Shown one piece after another: positions 13,990 to 25,271 of a stretch of DNA of 64,000 nucleotides. The stretch is from Eledone cirrhosa. Its lineage: Eukaryota. A program made the translations under genes and the position numbers. The notes under the pieces are model-generated. The model was not told where the DNA came from, ran no database searches, and saw nothing but the letters and a program-made list of their open reading frames with translations. The first letter of the stretch is position 1. Every line of letters begins with the position of its first letter. Location: NCBI GenBank assembly GCA_964016885.1, contig OZ024742.1, positions 107,012,001 through 107,076,000 of the forward strand, read 5' to 3'.

Positions 13990-14185
13990 GTTGCAACCCG
14001 TGGACAAAATAGGGAAAGCATTGCAGGGGATGCTCGCTGCATCAGCCACTCCACCTCACAGGGCTCCTTCCTCTGGTGGAGGAAAATGGCAGTTTGGGGG
14101 ATGAGGACACCAGAGGTCTCAACAGCAACCGACAAGAAAAAGGAGTGGTTGGGTAATCTCAGTATTTGGATAGTTTGCAATTACG
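13990..14185 (-). pseudogene. CRE-clade non-LTR retrotransposon endonuclease C-terminal fragment
   Basis: ORF 13968-14180 FLSVAVETSGVL...EPCEVEWLMQRAS is homologous to [11 protein letters not shown]...EPHELEWLFQRVS at 40.3 kb. Confidence 0.7.
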
Positions 14186-14470
14186 ATGGGAGTGAGAGAG
14201 GAAATGTCAAGGAATAAATTTAAAAAAAAAGAGAAAGGAATGAAGAAAAAAGGGGAGATAAAAAGTAAGGAAACGAAAATGAAAGTAATCCTTAATTCTA
14301 TTTAAGAATATATAAATAAATAATTAGGCCCGTATTTCTAAATGTGTTCACCTGAGAAACTACATGGGAACAATTTGAGTTCTAAAGTAAAAGAGCAATG
14401 AAAAAATAAATGAGTAAAACAAAACCCCCAAAAAATCATTTTAATCGAGATAATGCCATCTCTCACTTAC

Positions 14471-14730
14471 ATCATTTTCATATTCTGGCTTTAAAAAAAA
14501 AACTTTAAAACTTTCTATTTGTTATGTTTGTGACACAAGGTTTTCTTTTTTTTTCTTTTTTTCAATTACAGTTAAAGGAGATGGAGAGGCGTTATTGGAA
14601 ACAAACTAATCCCAAAACCCAGTCGTCTGTGATGTGAAAGTGTTAATATAATGAATAATGTAATACAAACAAAAATATTTTCTGAAGCTACAATTTATCA
14701 GTCATGTCTCGAGAAAAAGAATAAGGAAAT
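14471..14730 (-). other. Candidate exon (5'UTR plus possible start ATG AAA ATG AT)
   Basis: Minus-strand acceptor ttttttaatgttttattttatatcag at 14731 and donor AT|gtaagtgag at 14470, in a TE-free island. Confidence 0.35.
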
Positions 14731-15336
14731 CTGATATAAAATAAAACATTAAAAAACAGTCATGTATAGCCTGCTGCTAGACAACAACCACATGTTTTAT
14801 GATATAAAAAAGAAAAAAATTCTAGCCACATACTTTTCAGATCCAACTACCGTAAAAATCGGTTTACAATTTATACATCTTTCAAAACTATTTCTCTTGG
14901 TGGTAATTTATTTATTGATTTTTTTTTAAAAGAAAAATATCATAAATACTAATTGATTTAAATGTCATCATACAGCTATATAATATAAGCTTTTGTCATT
15001 AATATTTTAAGGGGAAAAAAATATCATCAAACCTCAAAATATCAATTTATAAATTTGATGGACCTTCTGGATAGCAAGCATTGCCTTTTACTTTATTAGC
15101 TAAATATTGAAAAAGGAAAAAAAAAGATTTAAAAATATATATAGTAAATGTATTTTTTTTTTTAGTTTTAGATAAATGAAAACCAATTATGAAATAAATG
15201 TGTGTTTATTGATCTGTCTTGTAGTCGGTGCTGTTCTTCAGTTGCACTCTCATAGTAGCAGACTGGAAACAAGCAAACACAACACTTGCAACACACACAC
15301 ACACTCTCGCACACAGACGTCAATATAAGCACTTAC

Positions 15337-15620
15337 CCCTTTTCATCGCTACATTAGAAAGGGGGGTTGACAAGGGACGGCGATACACTGGTTATCATAA
15401 TAAAGATTTAACTCCAAAAATGAAGAATTAAAAAAGGCTTTTCTTCGGCAACAAGGCTTCATAGAAAAGAATATGTTGTGAGTCACGAGAGAGAGACAGA
15501 CAAACAGAGATAGATAGATAGATATATAGATGGATAGAAGACAAGGGAGCTCGGTGCAAGAATGGCAGCTGAACTGCAGCTGATGTTCTACTCACTCTTG
15601 TGTAGCACTAGATGACAAAG
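15337..15620 (-). promoter_or_regulatory. Candidate first exon / promoter-proximal region of a minus-strand gene
   Basis: Consensus donor GGG|gtaagtg at 15336, (GA)n tracts 15635-15682, AP-1 TGAGTCA 15479, paired CAGCTG 15566 and 15577, ETS-like ACTTCCG 15790; upstream boundary is a guess. Confidence 0.35.
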
Positions 15621-17754
15621 GGAGAGGATGGGGGAGAGAGAGAGAGTAAGAGAGATAGATAGATAGATAGAGAGAGAGAGAGCAGAAGACTGCAATAACT
15701 GTTGGTAGAGCAGCCACCTAGTAATGCTACCAAATCTTGGTCAATAAGCACTAATCAAACTGATAGTGGAATATGCTAGCATATAATGTACTTCCGCTTT
15801 CTGTGAGTTAAATCCACTCTTCATTCATTCCCCTCTGAAAGAAAATTTCCTTTTGTTTTCCTTTATTTTAGTAATGTTTGTTTTTTTAATTCATCTAACA
15901 ACTGTCAACATTGTAGCAGATGTGAAGCTTAGAATTCAAAAGAAAAAGAAAAAATGCTAAGACAATAGCAGACTTTTTAAATTGAATTCCAAAAGTTTAT
16001 TTTAATTTTCTATACTGATTATTAAAGGTCGCAGGAAAATAGTTTCCATAAAAAAATGTTTATATATTTTTATATATATATATATAAATTAATATTTTTT
16101 CTTTAAAAAAAATCATTTGCACGGTTCGTTTGTAATGGAATGGTAAATCTATGAGTAGATGTATTTTGTGAAAGCAGTTTCTAAAGAGTGTATCACCCGT
16201 AACATCAGAATATTTCCAAAACAGTTGGTATGGTTTATTATTATTAACGTTATTCTAGAAATAATCTTTGTAACCGAGAGAAAGAATGTTTAAGTTAACA
16301 TAAAATCTCTCTCTCTCTCTCCTGAGTAAACAATGTTCATAATGTTCATGAATATCCATAGATGGTAGTATGACCATATATGTATGAAAACATCAATAAA
16401 ATAACTTTTTCAACAATATGGAATATATGCAGACAAAGCAATTGTATTTAATTGTAGTCTGTCAGCGAAGTGACTGCTTTTAAAACACAACACAAACTTT
16501 AGTCGTCAGTACTGCTTGCTAAAATAAATCTAATCACACTTGATATCAGATGATAATTCAGGATTAATAATAAAATAAATAATCCAAATATCATGAGCAT
16601 CGATAAAAATCACAGACATAGTTGAGGTTTGCTTTTTTTCCCCTTTTTTAACAAATGAGATGGCATTGTTATTGGTGAATACTGCTAAGATATGAAGATT
16701 GGAAAAGGAATAACTAAATTATCTCTTCCCCTCCGGTGTTCATATTACCTAACGTACTAACTACAGCCATGTGAAACCATGCAGACATTAAGACTCTTTC
16801 CAACAACAATTAGAAATCCTAGCTTTATATAAAGAAAGAATTAAACATGAAGCTTTTTTTTGCTGGCTGGAGAGAAGGGAGAGAGCAGTGTGGCTAGAGA
16901 TATTATGCTATTAACTACAAACAACTTAAATGAATGTTACATGCAAAATATTCTAAATAGTTTGTAACCAGATCAACATAATGAAGAGGAAGGAAATAAG
17001 TAAGTTAGCATAGTTTTATCGACTTACCAAGAAGGTCCATTACCTGAATTGCCAAAAGCAACGAACCAATAAGCTAGCCATTGGATCAAAAACTAATCAG
17101 ACATAAATATCTTAGTGAAAAGATCATGCCTGCCATTCTAGCAATGCAGTTGAAAATGAAATTAAGCTAGAGAGTAGAGTAAAAACAATCTGGCAGAAAA
17201 CCAGTGAACTATTTACCATGCTAGAATGTATGGAGTGGCAGAGTAAACATGCTGTAGCATAGATCTAAAATTTATGGATTCCAACTTTGCTGCTGCAAAC
17301 AATGAACTTGGGCAAAACAGAGCTACTTTCCATCAACCTCTCTAACCAAAATTCGAAATATATCAAACCGAAAAAAAATTGACACAAAAATTGATACATT
17401 CAAATAAAAAAATATATAAATTTACAGATATGTAAAATCTATCTGCATAAGGTAATAATGAAAGAAAGAAAAATGAAATAAATATCCCTGACTGTGGAAA
17501 CAATAAAATATAATAAAAAGTAACAAGAAGGCGTTTAAACTACATGGTGTTGTATATATGTATAGATATAAGATGTTTATGTGTGTATGCGATATGTTTA
17601 AACATTACTTTTTATGAACAGATAAGGAAAGGAGCACACAATACATTTTGTAGAGTATGTTTTATTTAAACTAAATGCCATTTCTTGGTACTCAAGTTTC
17701 ATGGCAACTTCAATAGCATAAAACAGAAGTAGTGAAAAAGGAAATTCAGTTTAA

Positions 17755-17845
17755 CCCTTCAGATACCAACCTGCCTGAAACCACCTATGTTTCTATGATA
17801 CAAAGCTGTTTTATTTTAAAGTGTTTATATCTATTTTAAAATTGT
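17755..17845. mobile_element. MITE family 2 end fragment
   Basis: TTAA-cccttcagataccaacctgcctgaaacc; truncated next to the direct-repeat element. Confidence 0.7.
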
Positions 17846-17858
17846 CTATCTCACCTCT

Positions 17859-18270
17859 TCAGTCAACCTCTGGAAATCACTACAGTTTCGGTTCATTAAG
17901 GTCATACCATTCATTCCAGTGCACATTGGGGCATAACAAAATAGGTATAGACAAGTTATGCATTTAGGCAAGTTACACAAATATGTGCAAGGGCTTAGCC
18001 AAAGGAGAGAAATAGTAAAACAGAAGCGAATAAGGAGTGTTGTCCAACATGACAAAGAAGGAGACTGAGACATAGAAAAGGTAAGAAGGGAGAATAGCAG
18101 AAAACAGGCAAGGCGATGTGATGTCTATTCTATGATAATTTAAAAAGAACCCCGCATAGCTAAGTCTTAAAATATAAATTCAAAATAGGGAGCGCACAGG
18201 ACAAAGACAATGGAAAAAAAAACAACGGAAAGTCGGACAATCCCATCTCAGTCAACCTCTGGAAATCACT
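17859..18270 (-). mobile_element. Unclassified ~410-bp element bounded by a perfect 23-bp direct repeat
   Basis: tcagtcaacctctggaaatcact at 17859-17881 and 18248-18270; right part related to 750-832. Confidence 0.55.
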
Positions 18271-19130
18271 GATTTTGGTGCGTGTGTGCATACACACACA
18301 CACACACAGAGAGAGAAAGGGAGAGAGAGATAGAGTAATTGATGGGTTTTGATAGGCTGGTATTTCGTATTCATTTCAAGCCTAATTGAGTTTCTGCTTA
18401 TTGATAAGGTATTTTCAAGAGTAGAGTGAGTTTCATCTCCTCAAATGTAGCATCCATATAAAAGTTGACCTCATAAATTTAACCTAAGAATAGTCTAAAA
18501 ATTTTGAATTTTACATAAGTATATATGGTACAAGATCAATTTAAAAAAAAAAAAAAAGGTACCAGTCCAGTACTGAGGTTGATTCTTCCTTTATATCTCT
18601 TCCTCACTACTCTATCACTCACTCTTCTTTATGGAAAATATCAACTGTTTAAACCTTATGAAAGGATGGGTTTCACTAGGTTTAAAAGAGCCTAATGACA
18701 TTGTATATCAATATGGCACCCCTATGACACCATCAGAAGTCATGGGTTCATACATATACGGTATATCTTGGAACATCTTGTCATAAGAGGTGACTGGAAA
18801 AAAAGCTGGAGGCAGTCGAAACAAAGAGAAGATAAATGACAAAAAGATATAGATAAGGTGTGATGAAAGAGCTTTGACAATTAAGTAAGCAGCAATTTGG
18901 TGGTTTAATCAACTAATGAACAGATTAGTTAACTAATTAATAATGTAAAAAGACGAAGTGAAACTCAACTGGTGTGCAAGGCAACATACCTCTCTCAAAG
19001 TATAACAATATCGGTTTCAACACACAATTTCATATCAAAAATCTTGCATGGCAAATGCAAAAACAAAAATGTGTGTGTATGTGTGTGCATATGCATGCAT
19101 GTATGCATGCATGCATGCATGCATGTATGC

Positions 19131-19717
19131 ACGCGGCGTCAGGGCTGGTTGAAGAAGATGGCATGCGGTAGGCCGCCGCTTCATATGTCAGGTCACCAGT
19201 TGGTGCTACTGGTAACATGTATCCCAGTACAACCTGTCTCATGGCAACCCCACCAAGGTTTCTAAAAACAAAACCTGTCAAAGGGCAAAGGAGCTCTTAA
19301 GAGTCAATGGCCATCCAAAATCACCGAGAGAGATGACCCCTTAGCCTTTGTCAAGGCAGAATTCTAGGAGAAGGAAAACTCTGATATAACACCTGCAACC
19401 CTGATGGTATCCAATGATGTTGACTTGTTCTTTTTGGTAAATATCATCTTGGTTAAGAGAGTGGTACTGGCTTTGTGCAGTGCCTTTGCTCACTATAAAA
19501 GCTTCACGGCACAGGCATTGCTTTATATCTGGAGATCTCTCTGCACTTGTCGTCACATGGTACCATGGGCCCAGCACTATGTGTCAATAATTGTCACAAG
19601 TGTAGAGTTTTCAAGTCGCTGGCTGGACTAAAAAGTCACACTCGTTCAGTGCATCAGTAGTTCTCCTACATGGATATAAAGTAGTGGCTGTACTCGAAAA
19701 CGAGTTGGCAGCCACCA

Positions 19718-19720
<3 letters not shown>
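19131..19720 (+). mobile_element. GC-richer insert in microsatellites, possibly an RTE-type LINE 5'UTR
   Basis: Sharp GC increase between (CATG)n and (TG)n tracts; ctaggagaaggaaaactctga recalls RTE 5' regions (recalled, unverified). Confidence 0.35.
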
Positions 19721-19765
<45 letters not shown>

Positions 19766-19860
19766 CACACACACATACGGATGTGTGTGTGTGTGTATAC
19801 ACACACACATACGAATGTGTGTGTGTGTGTGTGAATATATATATATATTATATATATATT
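19719..19860. repeat. Compound (TG)n-TA-(CA)n microsatellite with a duplicated ~36-bp palindromic unit
   Basis: gtgtgtgtatacacacacacatacg occurs twice. Confidence 0.9.
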
Positions 19861-20574
19861 CAAACATAAAATATGATAGATATATACAACACATATATAC
19901 ATGCACGTAAAGGTTAAATAGTGACATTTAGAGCAAGATGATGAAGAACAATAACAAAGAGCACACAACCACGTCAATCAGTTAAGTTGCAGACTTTGAA
20001 GAAGTCTTTATGTACAAAGAACCACTAGTTCTGGATAGATATTAAAAACCCACATCAGTATATTGGAACATTACCGTTTGATCAAGTATAATTCAATAAA
20101 GATAACCCTAGAGAAGGAATCTTACAAGATCTGAAATGATCTGTCCAGCTGGCAACTATATCATCATCATTTTATTCTGGTTTTTCCATTCCATGACGAG
20201 TTGGATGGGTTTGTTCTATTCAGCATCTTACAACTTGTCACAGTTCATTGTCATATGTAACAAATAACAATGGGAAAACCACCAATTTTTGTTGCAGTGT
20301 AAGTCATGAGTGAAAGCATGTGGCCAAGTGGTTAGAGTTTTGGACTCATGATCATAAGGTCATGGATTCGATTTCCAGTTCATAAGTTTTTATAGCTGGA
20401 TGCCCCTACTCCATATGGACTGGGTACGTTATATTCTACAAGCAACACTGGAGAGGTTCACTAATCCCTCTACACGTTATCAGTTTTTATTCAAAATTAC
20501 TGGCCTCCCAGGTGTCTTGTGTTCACAGTAGCTTCCAGAATAAAGAGATAAGGAGATAGAGGAAGAGATATCAT

Positions 20575-20850
20575 CATCATCACCATCACCACTGTTTTAT
20601 GTCTATTTTTGATGCTTGCATAGCTTAGACAGATTGTCAAGTTCTGAGGTTAGATAGGTAGGTTTAACAATTGTGTCCTACTCATATATTCCATTTTGGC
20701 ATGATTTCTACAGCTAAATGCCTTTCCTAATGCAAACAACTTTTTTTTCTCATGACACCACCACTACCCTCTGTCAAGGAAGACTGGATGCATCTTATTA
20801 TAGCAGCTGCACTACCACTTTACAGAATGGGCTAGGTGCATTTTATCATG
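20575..20850 (-). mobile_element. Family D repeat
   Basis: (CAT)n...tgcttgcatagcttagac...ttctacagctaaatgcctttcctaatgc plus internal tandem units. Confidence 0.7.
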
Positions 20851-21194
20851 ATTGTTCTAACATGACAAGTTGAATGCCACCTGACAAGATCGAAATTGTA
20901 GCAATTCTCTTCTTGAACCTGCATATTTTCTCTTGGGATCAGTTGTATGTATGGATCCATAACTGCTGATGGAGTCATAGGGGCACTATCATGATATATA
21001 GTATATCATGGGCACTTTAAATCTGGCAAAGCCCATCCACTCTCTAAACATAGCAATTTCTTCCAGAAGAGGGGGGGGGGTAGAGAACAAAAGCATGAGA
21101 TATATAGGAAGAATCAACGCATGACTGGTATATTATTTTATGAACTTCAAAAGGATGAAAGGCAAAGTTTTCATCTTACTCTTGTCCCTGCCTC

Positions 21195-21405
21195 CGCCCT
21201 GTAAAGCGACTGCTGGTGCCACAACAAAATGCACCCAGTCCACCCTGTAATATGCTAGAGCTGGTGCCATACAAAAAGCTTCCAGTACACATGACCTGTC
21301 TGACCTCATGATGTGACAGCCAGTGTAACCCATACAAGCATAGAAAATAGATGTTAAACAATGGGTGGTGGTGGTGGTGGTGGTTGTGGTGATGCTGCTG
21401 ATGAT
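21195..21405 (+). mobile_element. Family D repeat
   Basis: ggtgccacaacaaaatgcacccagtccaccctgt...acccatacaagcatagaaaatagatgttaaa. Confidence 0.7.
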
Positions 21406-23240
21406 ATGTATCTAGAACTACAATTATTCTTTGAAACAGTAGAATGTGATTTGATAGGATATTTGGCTTCTATTTCCTTTAGTTTGACTCTAAAATAGTT
21501 TTAGAATTGCAAAAAATAAAAATGAAACTTATATGAAATATTAGGTCGTAAGAATTAGCTAAAAGCTTTGGTGTCAGGAATGGTATCCAACTGTAAAACA
21601 TTACCTCAAAAATCCAATCTAACCCATGCCATCACGGAAAAGTTGATATAAAAATGATGATGATGTGCCCCCTTGCCATTGTTCTATAATTTTCCTTGGA
21701 TATAAAAATATATATTAAATATCCTCCACTATCAGAAAACCAAGAAGCTGCCCTCCCAGAATCTCTCCAAAGTGCACATCTGTGCTTGGGTAGTATGAAG
21801 GAGCAACTGTTACTCCCACAGCAAGCCTCTCTCCCATCTCCTCTACACTGGTATAACCCAGGGGAAGATATGATATGAATCAGCTCCAGTACAGCTTTGC
21901 CCCAAATGTTACCAGAACGATGTTATTTGAACTGTGCTGAACTACCTTAGGGATTCCAACTTTGAATTGGATTACAGGATTAACTCCCTGTATATATGTG
22001 TCTGTATACATGAGTGTGCAGGTGTGTGTGTGTCATGTATGTACATGTATCTTCATGTATGTACATGTATCTTCATGTATATATGTTGAAAGCTATGTCA
22101 AGAACATGGCAACTTTTCTAGAGTTTGTACCATTATGAAATGCATTTAGTAGACTTTGTAAAGTTTCTTGTGCTAGCATCCAGCTGTAGAAACTATGACA
22201 AAAACAGAACACTTAGAGAAAGACAGACCCTCGACCCATCTAGGAAGGTATTAGCTCTGATTAGGTACTGACTTGGTCTGCAACAACCTGTCCAATCCAG
22301 GATAGCAAGGAAAACAGATGTGAAATGATCACTCACACAAAATATTAAACATTGTACGGTGAGAGAGAGAGATTGGTAGTTACCAGTTTAGACTGATAAA
22401 ACCATTATTCAACTTAGTAGCCAATATTTCAGAAAATAGAATGTAAGTACTATGAGTTTCTGCCTGTCAAAACAGAAAGCTGAACACACTCTGTATCTGT
22501 TTTTCCACAAAACTGGTTATTGAATTGGAGAAAACTTAACTTATTGATATTATTATTTAGAATCTAGAGTGGCAGACAAAATGTCTTGCAGAATTTTATT
22601 ATAAACCTTTACATAGTGAATTCAATCCTGTCACAGTTGACTTTGGGGTCGATATGATTGACTTTTTCCTCTCCACAAAATTTCTGGCCTTATGCCAGAT
22701 ACTATGAACCTCAGCAGCATTTGAACACAGAACATAATGGGCTGCAACTAAATACCACAAAGGATTTTAGCCGATGCTCTAATGATTATGCCAATCCAAC
22801 AAAGACAATAATATCTGAAGGTCATAAAAAAAAACAAATAAACTCCTCTTGAGAAATACTCCTTCAGGCCCCTTGGCAAATGTAGTTCAGTTTTATCAAG
22901 ATTTTATTAATGAACAATGGACACCATGCTCTATTTCTGTTTGCAGACTTTCACAATTTGCTTGCAACTTGTAAAATAAGCATAAATAAATGTCCCAAGA
23001 TTCTAGCTACACAACAAACGGCCGGACAAAAATTTTGATTATTGCTTAGAAAATCTTATATATCCCATCTTTCTGTTCTACTCACTAACCATCTTTTTCT
23101 ATTATTTATTTATTTTTCCTTTCATAACAACCACCAATTGCCCAGCTTCATGGAAATATGCCAATTTTTTTTTCTTAGAAGAAAATACATTAAATTACAG
23201 CATTATCTCAAATTCATTTTAGAAATCTCTTCCAAAACAT

Positions 23241-23313
<73 letters not shown>

Positions 23314-23797
23314 CAATAACCCAATTTCATCAAAGAACAGTTTCTTTGCACAACAACCAGTGACCTACTGTAATTTGTAGCACTTGAAAAATAAAAAGAT
23401 CCATTTTTAAAAAACTTTCCAGAAATAAAAAAAGCTTATGAACACCTAAACTAATTTAAAGTTTGGTTGTGTTGTTCTTATGCAAATAATATAAGAAATA
23501 TTGGGAAATTGTGTGTCTTTGGGACAAATTTTACTTTATCATTTAATTATCTAAAAATGTAGTCAATTCCTGTCTCAACCAAAAACAAAATTATTTCTTT
23601 GTTTCTTTGAAGAAAAAGGCAGAAACCAAAGACAACATTTGGAACAAAATGAAACAAATTTTTAGTTATCAGAAAGTGGACTTTGGAAGCTTGCTTAAAT
23701 CAATGCTAAATCAAATTTTATATATATATGTATACATAGCAATATCCATAGGTGTGAAAAAGGAAAACAGTGCTCAATCAGGAAGATAGCTGAAATA

Positions 23798-24017
23798 TAT
23801 TTATGTTCATCACAGAAAAACGCTCTACCTAAGGTTTCAAGGCCTAATATGAACCATATCTCTAGAATGTAAGAGGGACCAAAATTATGACCTAATCTTT
23901 GTATAAGCAGCTAAAGATTAGGTCATAATTTTGATCCCTCTTACATTCTGGAGATATGGTCAATATTGGGCCTTGAAACCTTAGATAGCACTTTTGTTCC
24001 ATGTATAAACATAAATA
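23798..24017. repeat. Long inverted repeat (foldback), 76-bp core arms, 12-nt loop
   Basis: 23825-23900 vs 23913-23988: 6 mismatches in 76; looser pairing extends to 23798/24017. Confidence 0.92.
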
Positions 24018-24062
24018 AGATAACATAACATAACATTATATATATATATATATATATATATA

Positions 24063-24248
24063 ATGAAGGAAATGTGGTAAGGAACCAGGTGGACCATAAC
24101 GCACCAAAGTACTCAATACTTAGGGTAGTAGAGTGGGTAATAGGAACCAGTAAGACCCCGACGGCTGAGCTCAAGCCGTTTCGACGGCTAATTCTGGACT
24201 GAATTAGCTGTCGAAACGGCTTGAGCTCAGCCGTCGGGGTCTTACTGG

Positions 24249-24251
<3 letters not shown>
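24063..24251. mobile_element. Insert in (TA)n containing a 51-bp near-perfect palindrome; possible Penelope-like terminal remnant
   Basis: Arms 24144-24194 and 24201-24251 with one mismatch, loop tggact; flanked by (TA)n at 24037-24062 and 24252-24286. The palindrome is certain, the class assignment tentative. Confidence 0.6.
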
Positions 24252-24289
<38 letters not shown>

Positions 24290-24454
24290 ACACTGTTTCA
24301 TCTCTATCCAAATACTTTTTTTATTTTTATTATTTTTGTTTCACAATTTTATATTCATGGGTGAGCTGGCTTTTCATTAAAGCATTTGCTTTTATAGCTA
24401 AAAGATGCCTTCCTACTATTAACCATTTAACTATCTATTTTTGAAATAGAAATA

Positions 24455-24645
24455 TAATAATGGTTTCTACTTTTGGCACAAGGCCAGCAATTATTCCAGT
24501 ACATTACTGGTACTTTATTTTATCGACCCCATAAGGGTGAAAGGCAAAGTTAACCTCGGCGGGATTTGAACTCAGAATGACAAGGGCCGTAACTCTATGC
24601 ATCAAAGCATGGCGTCCAACCTTCTACCGATACTGCCAATCCACC
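24455..24645 (-). mobile_element. SINE family A, young copy
   Basis: Reverse complement of the family A consensus; tataataat on both flanks (TSD-like). Confidence 0.88.
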
Positions 24646-24889
24646 TATAATAATAAAAGTGTTAAAGAGGTTAAAAAGTAAGCCTCGTTACCTTTCAGAT
24701 ACAGAAATGAACCTTACCACAAATATTACATGGTTACCTGGGATGATTGTATTGGTTTATCAGAAAATAGGTCATTAGATTGAACTGTAAAGACACTTGA
24801 TAAACATTTCCAAAATTTCAGTTTCAACAAACTAAAAATGTACAATCTTGTATATTTACTTAGTGATTCATTCTTTACTACTTTGACAA

Positions 24890-25058
24890 GTACTGTGAAG
24901 TCTAAGCTTTCTTGAGTGTGTCATAATAAGACAGAAACAAGTCCCTGTACTGTGAAACTTATTCTTTGTTGAGTAGGCCACAAGACAGAAACAAGTCCAA
25001 TATTGTCTCCGTGTACGGTGAAGCTTACGCTTAGTTGAGTAGGCCATAAAGCAGAAAT
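24890..25058 (+). repeat. Degenerate tandem repeat, three units of about 46-66 bp
   Basis: Units start gtac(t/g)gtgaa at 24890, 24947, 25013 and share ttgagt...(ag)acagaaacaagtcc. Confidence 0.8.
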
Positions 25059-25064
25059 TTTTTA

Positions 25065-25271
25065 CTCTTTTGTTACCATATTTCTAATGAAAACCATCAA
25101 GAATCTAGAAGGATTTAGTAATATAACTAACTTTTTCATTATTCAGCTGGTGTTTAAAACATAACAAATGTTCTTACATAAAATGATGATGAAAAGTTTG
25201 AGACAGATATAAACACTATAAAATAAACAAGTCTGTATAGTAGAACTAGAAGCAGTTTAATATTAGAAGAG
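25065..25271. mobile_element. MITE family 2, degenerate copy
   Basis: ctcttttgttaccatatttctaatgaaa...gaagag ends and internal consensus. Confidence 0.65.

Noticed and set aside
17028-17138. Minus-strand acceptor/donor pair suggesting a coding exon
   Set aside because: Stops in all three frames; a non-coding exon cannot be supported from sequence alone
20313-20380. tRNA gene candidates (also 44130-44245, 17230-17340)
   Set aside because: Degenerate tRNA-derived SINE heads without a complete cloverleaf
24890-25058. CRISPR-like repeat-spacer pattern
   Set aside because: The whole unit is repeated with divergence, there are no unique spacers or cas genes, and the context is eukaryotic
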